Of a stretch of 64,000 nucleotides of DNA, positions 63,170-64,000 are shown piece after piece (the first letter of the stretch is position 1; each line of letters begins with the position of its first letter). This DNA is from Camelus dromedarius. Taxonomy: Eukaryota. The DNA lies in contig NC_087437.1 in assembly GCF_036321535.1 (NCBI RefSeq), positions 114,640,001 through 114,704,000 on the forward strand, written 5' to 3'. Below the pieces are notes generated by a model. It worked only from the letters and a program-made list of their open reading frames with translations. It ran no database searches and was not told the DNA's origin. A program made the translations under genes and the position numbers.

Positions 63170-64000
63170 CAACCACTTTTTTTAATACTCTATTTTGAAA
63201 TAGATTAAGACTCACAAGAAGTTGCACAAATAGTACCTCATGTTCCTGTTACTATTCCTCCAGCTTCCCCTGTGATCACATCTCATATAAACCTAGTCCG
63301 TCGTCAAAACCAGCAAGTCGACATGGGAATATTACCATAACCCAACTAGAGACTTTTTCAGATTTCACCAGTTTCTGCACGTACTCTTTTTGTGTTCGTG
63401 TGTATGTCTAGTTCTGTGAACATATACAAATTCTTGCAGCCAGCACCACATCCAGGATAGAGAACTCACTACAGAACAACTCCCTCAAGTCACTCCTGCT
63501 TTATATAGTCACACCCTCCACCAACCCTAAACCCTGGAATCTGCTCATCTGTTCCCCATCACTTTAATTTTGTCACTTTGATAATATCCTGTAAATGGAA
63601 TCATATAGTATGTCACCTTTGGAAATTAGCTTTTTTCATTTAGTACAATGCCTTCGAGAACCATCCCAAGGCAAGTGGGGTACATTCATGGATGTATCAA
63701 GAGTTTGATCCTTTTTAATGAGTAATAGTGCTCCATTTTATGGATGTACCACAGTTCATTTATCCATTTACCTGATGGACATTTGGGTTGTTCCAGTTTT
63801 TGGTTATTGCAAAGAAAGCCTCCATGATAAATCATTCATGTATCATTATTGTGTGGACATAAGGTGTCATTTCTCTAGGATGAATACACAAGGGTTTGAT
63901 TACTGCGTCGTATGGTAAATGTGTGGTTAACTTTACAAGAAACTGCCAGACTGGTTTTCAGAGTGGATGTGCCATTTTGCATTCCCACTTACACAGTAAT
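63170..64000 (-). mobile_element. Old L1 (L1MC-like) 3' region, runs off window end
   Basis: ttattttgaaatagattaagactcacaagaagttgcac...ggacatttgggttgttccagttttt...aactgccagactggttttcagagtgg. Confidence 0.82.

Overview
Mammalian genomic DNA, almost certainly camelid, judged from a Vic-1-type tRNA-derived SINE at 60972-61119 and young L1 3' ends of camelid type. The window holds the internal part of one + strand gene, DOP1B (DOPEY2), a large Dopey-family Golgi/endosome trafficking protein that partners MON2. I traced 30 consecutive coding exons from 6448 to 60782. All have GT-AG boundaries and compatible phases, and they join into 6,022 nt (about 2,007 codons) with no stop seen. By recalled homology to human they are probably exons 3-32; the start and stop codons lie outside the window. 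The introns are full of ordinary mammalian transposons: L1, L2, MIR, MLT1, MER2/20/33/5, two clean ERV1-type solo LTRs and one SINE. I see no prokaryote-type system, CRISPR array or novel protein-coding gene. The most notable local oddities are a cluster of five perfect ATGCAAAT octamers containing a perfect cryptic 5' splice site, an L1 inserted next to a 3' splice site, a coding-exon acceptor with no polypyrimidine tract, NAGNAG acceptors, and a SINE whose B-box is disrupted by a 9-bp triplication. Repeat subfamily names and human comparisons are from memory and need RepeatMasker/Dfam and BLAST confirmation.
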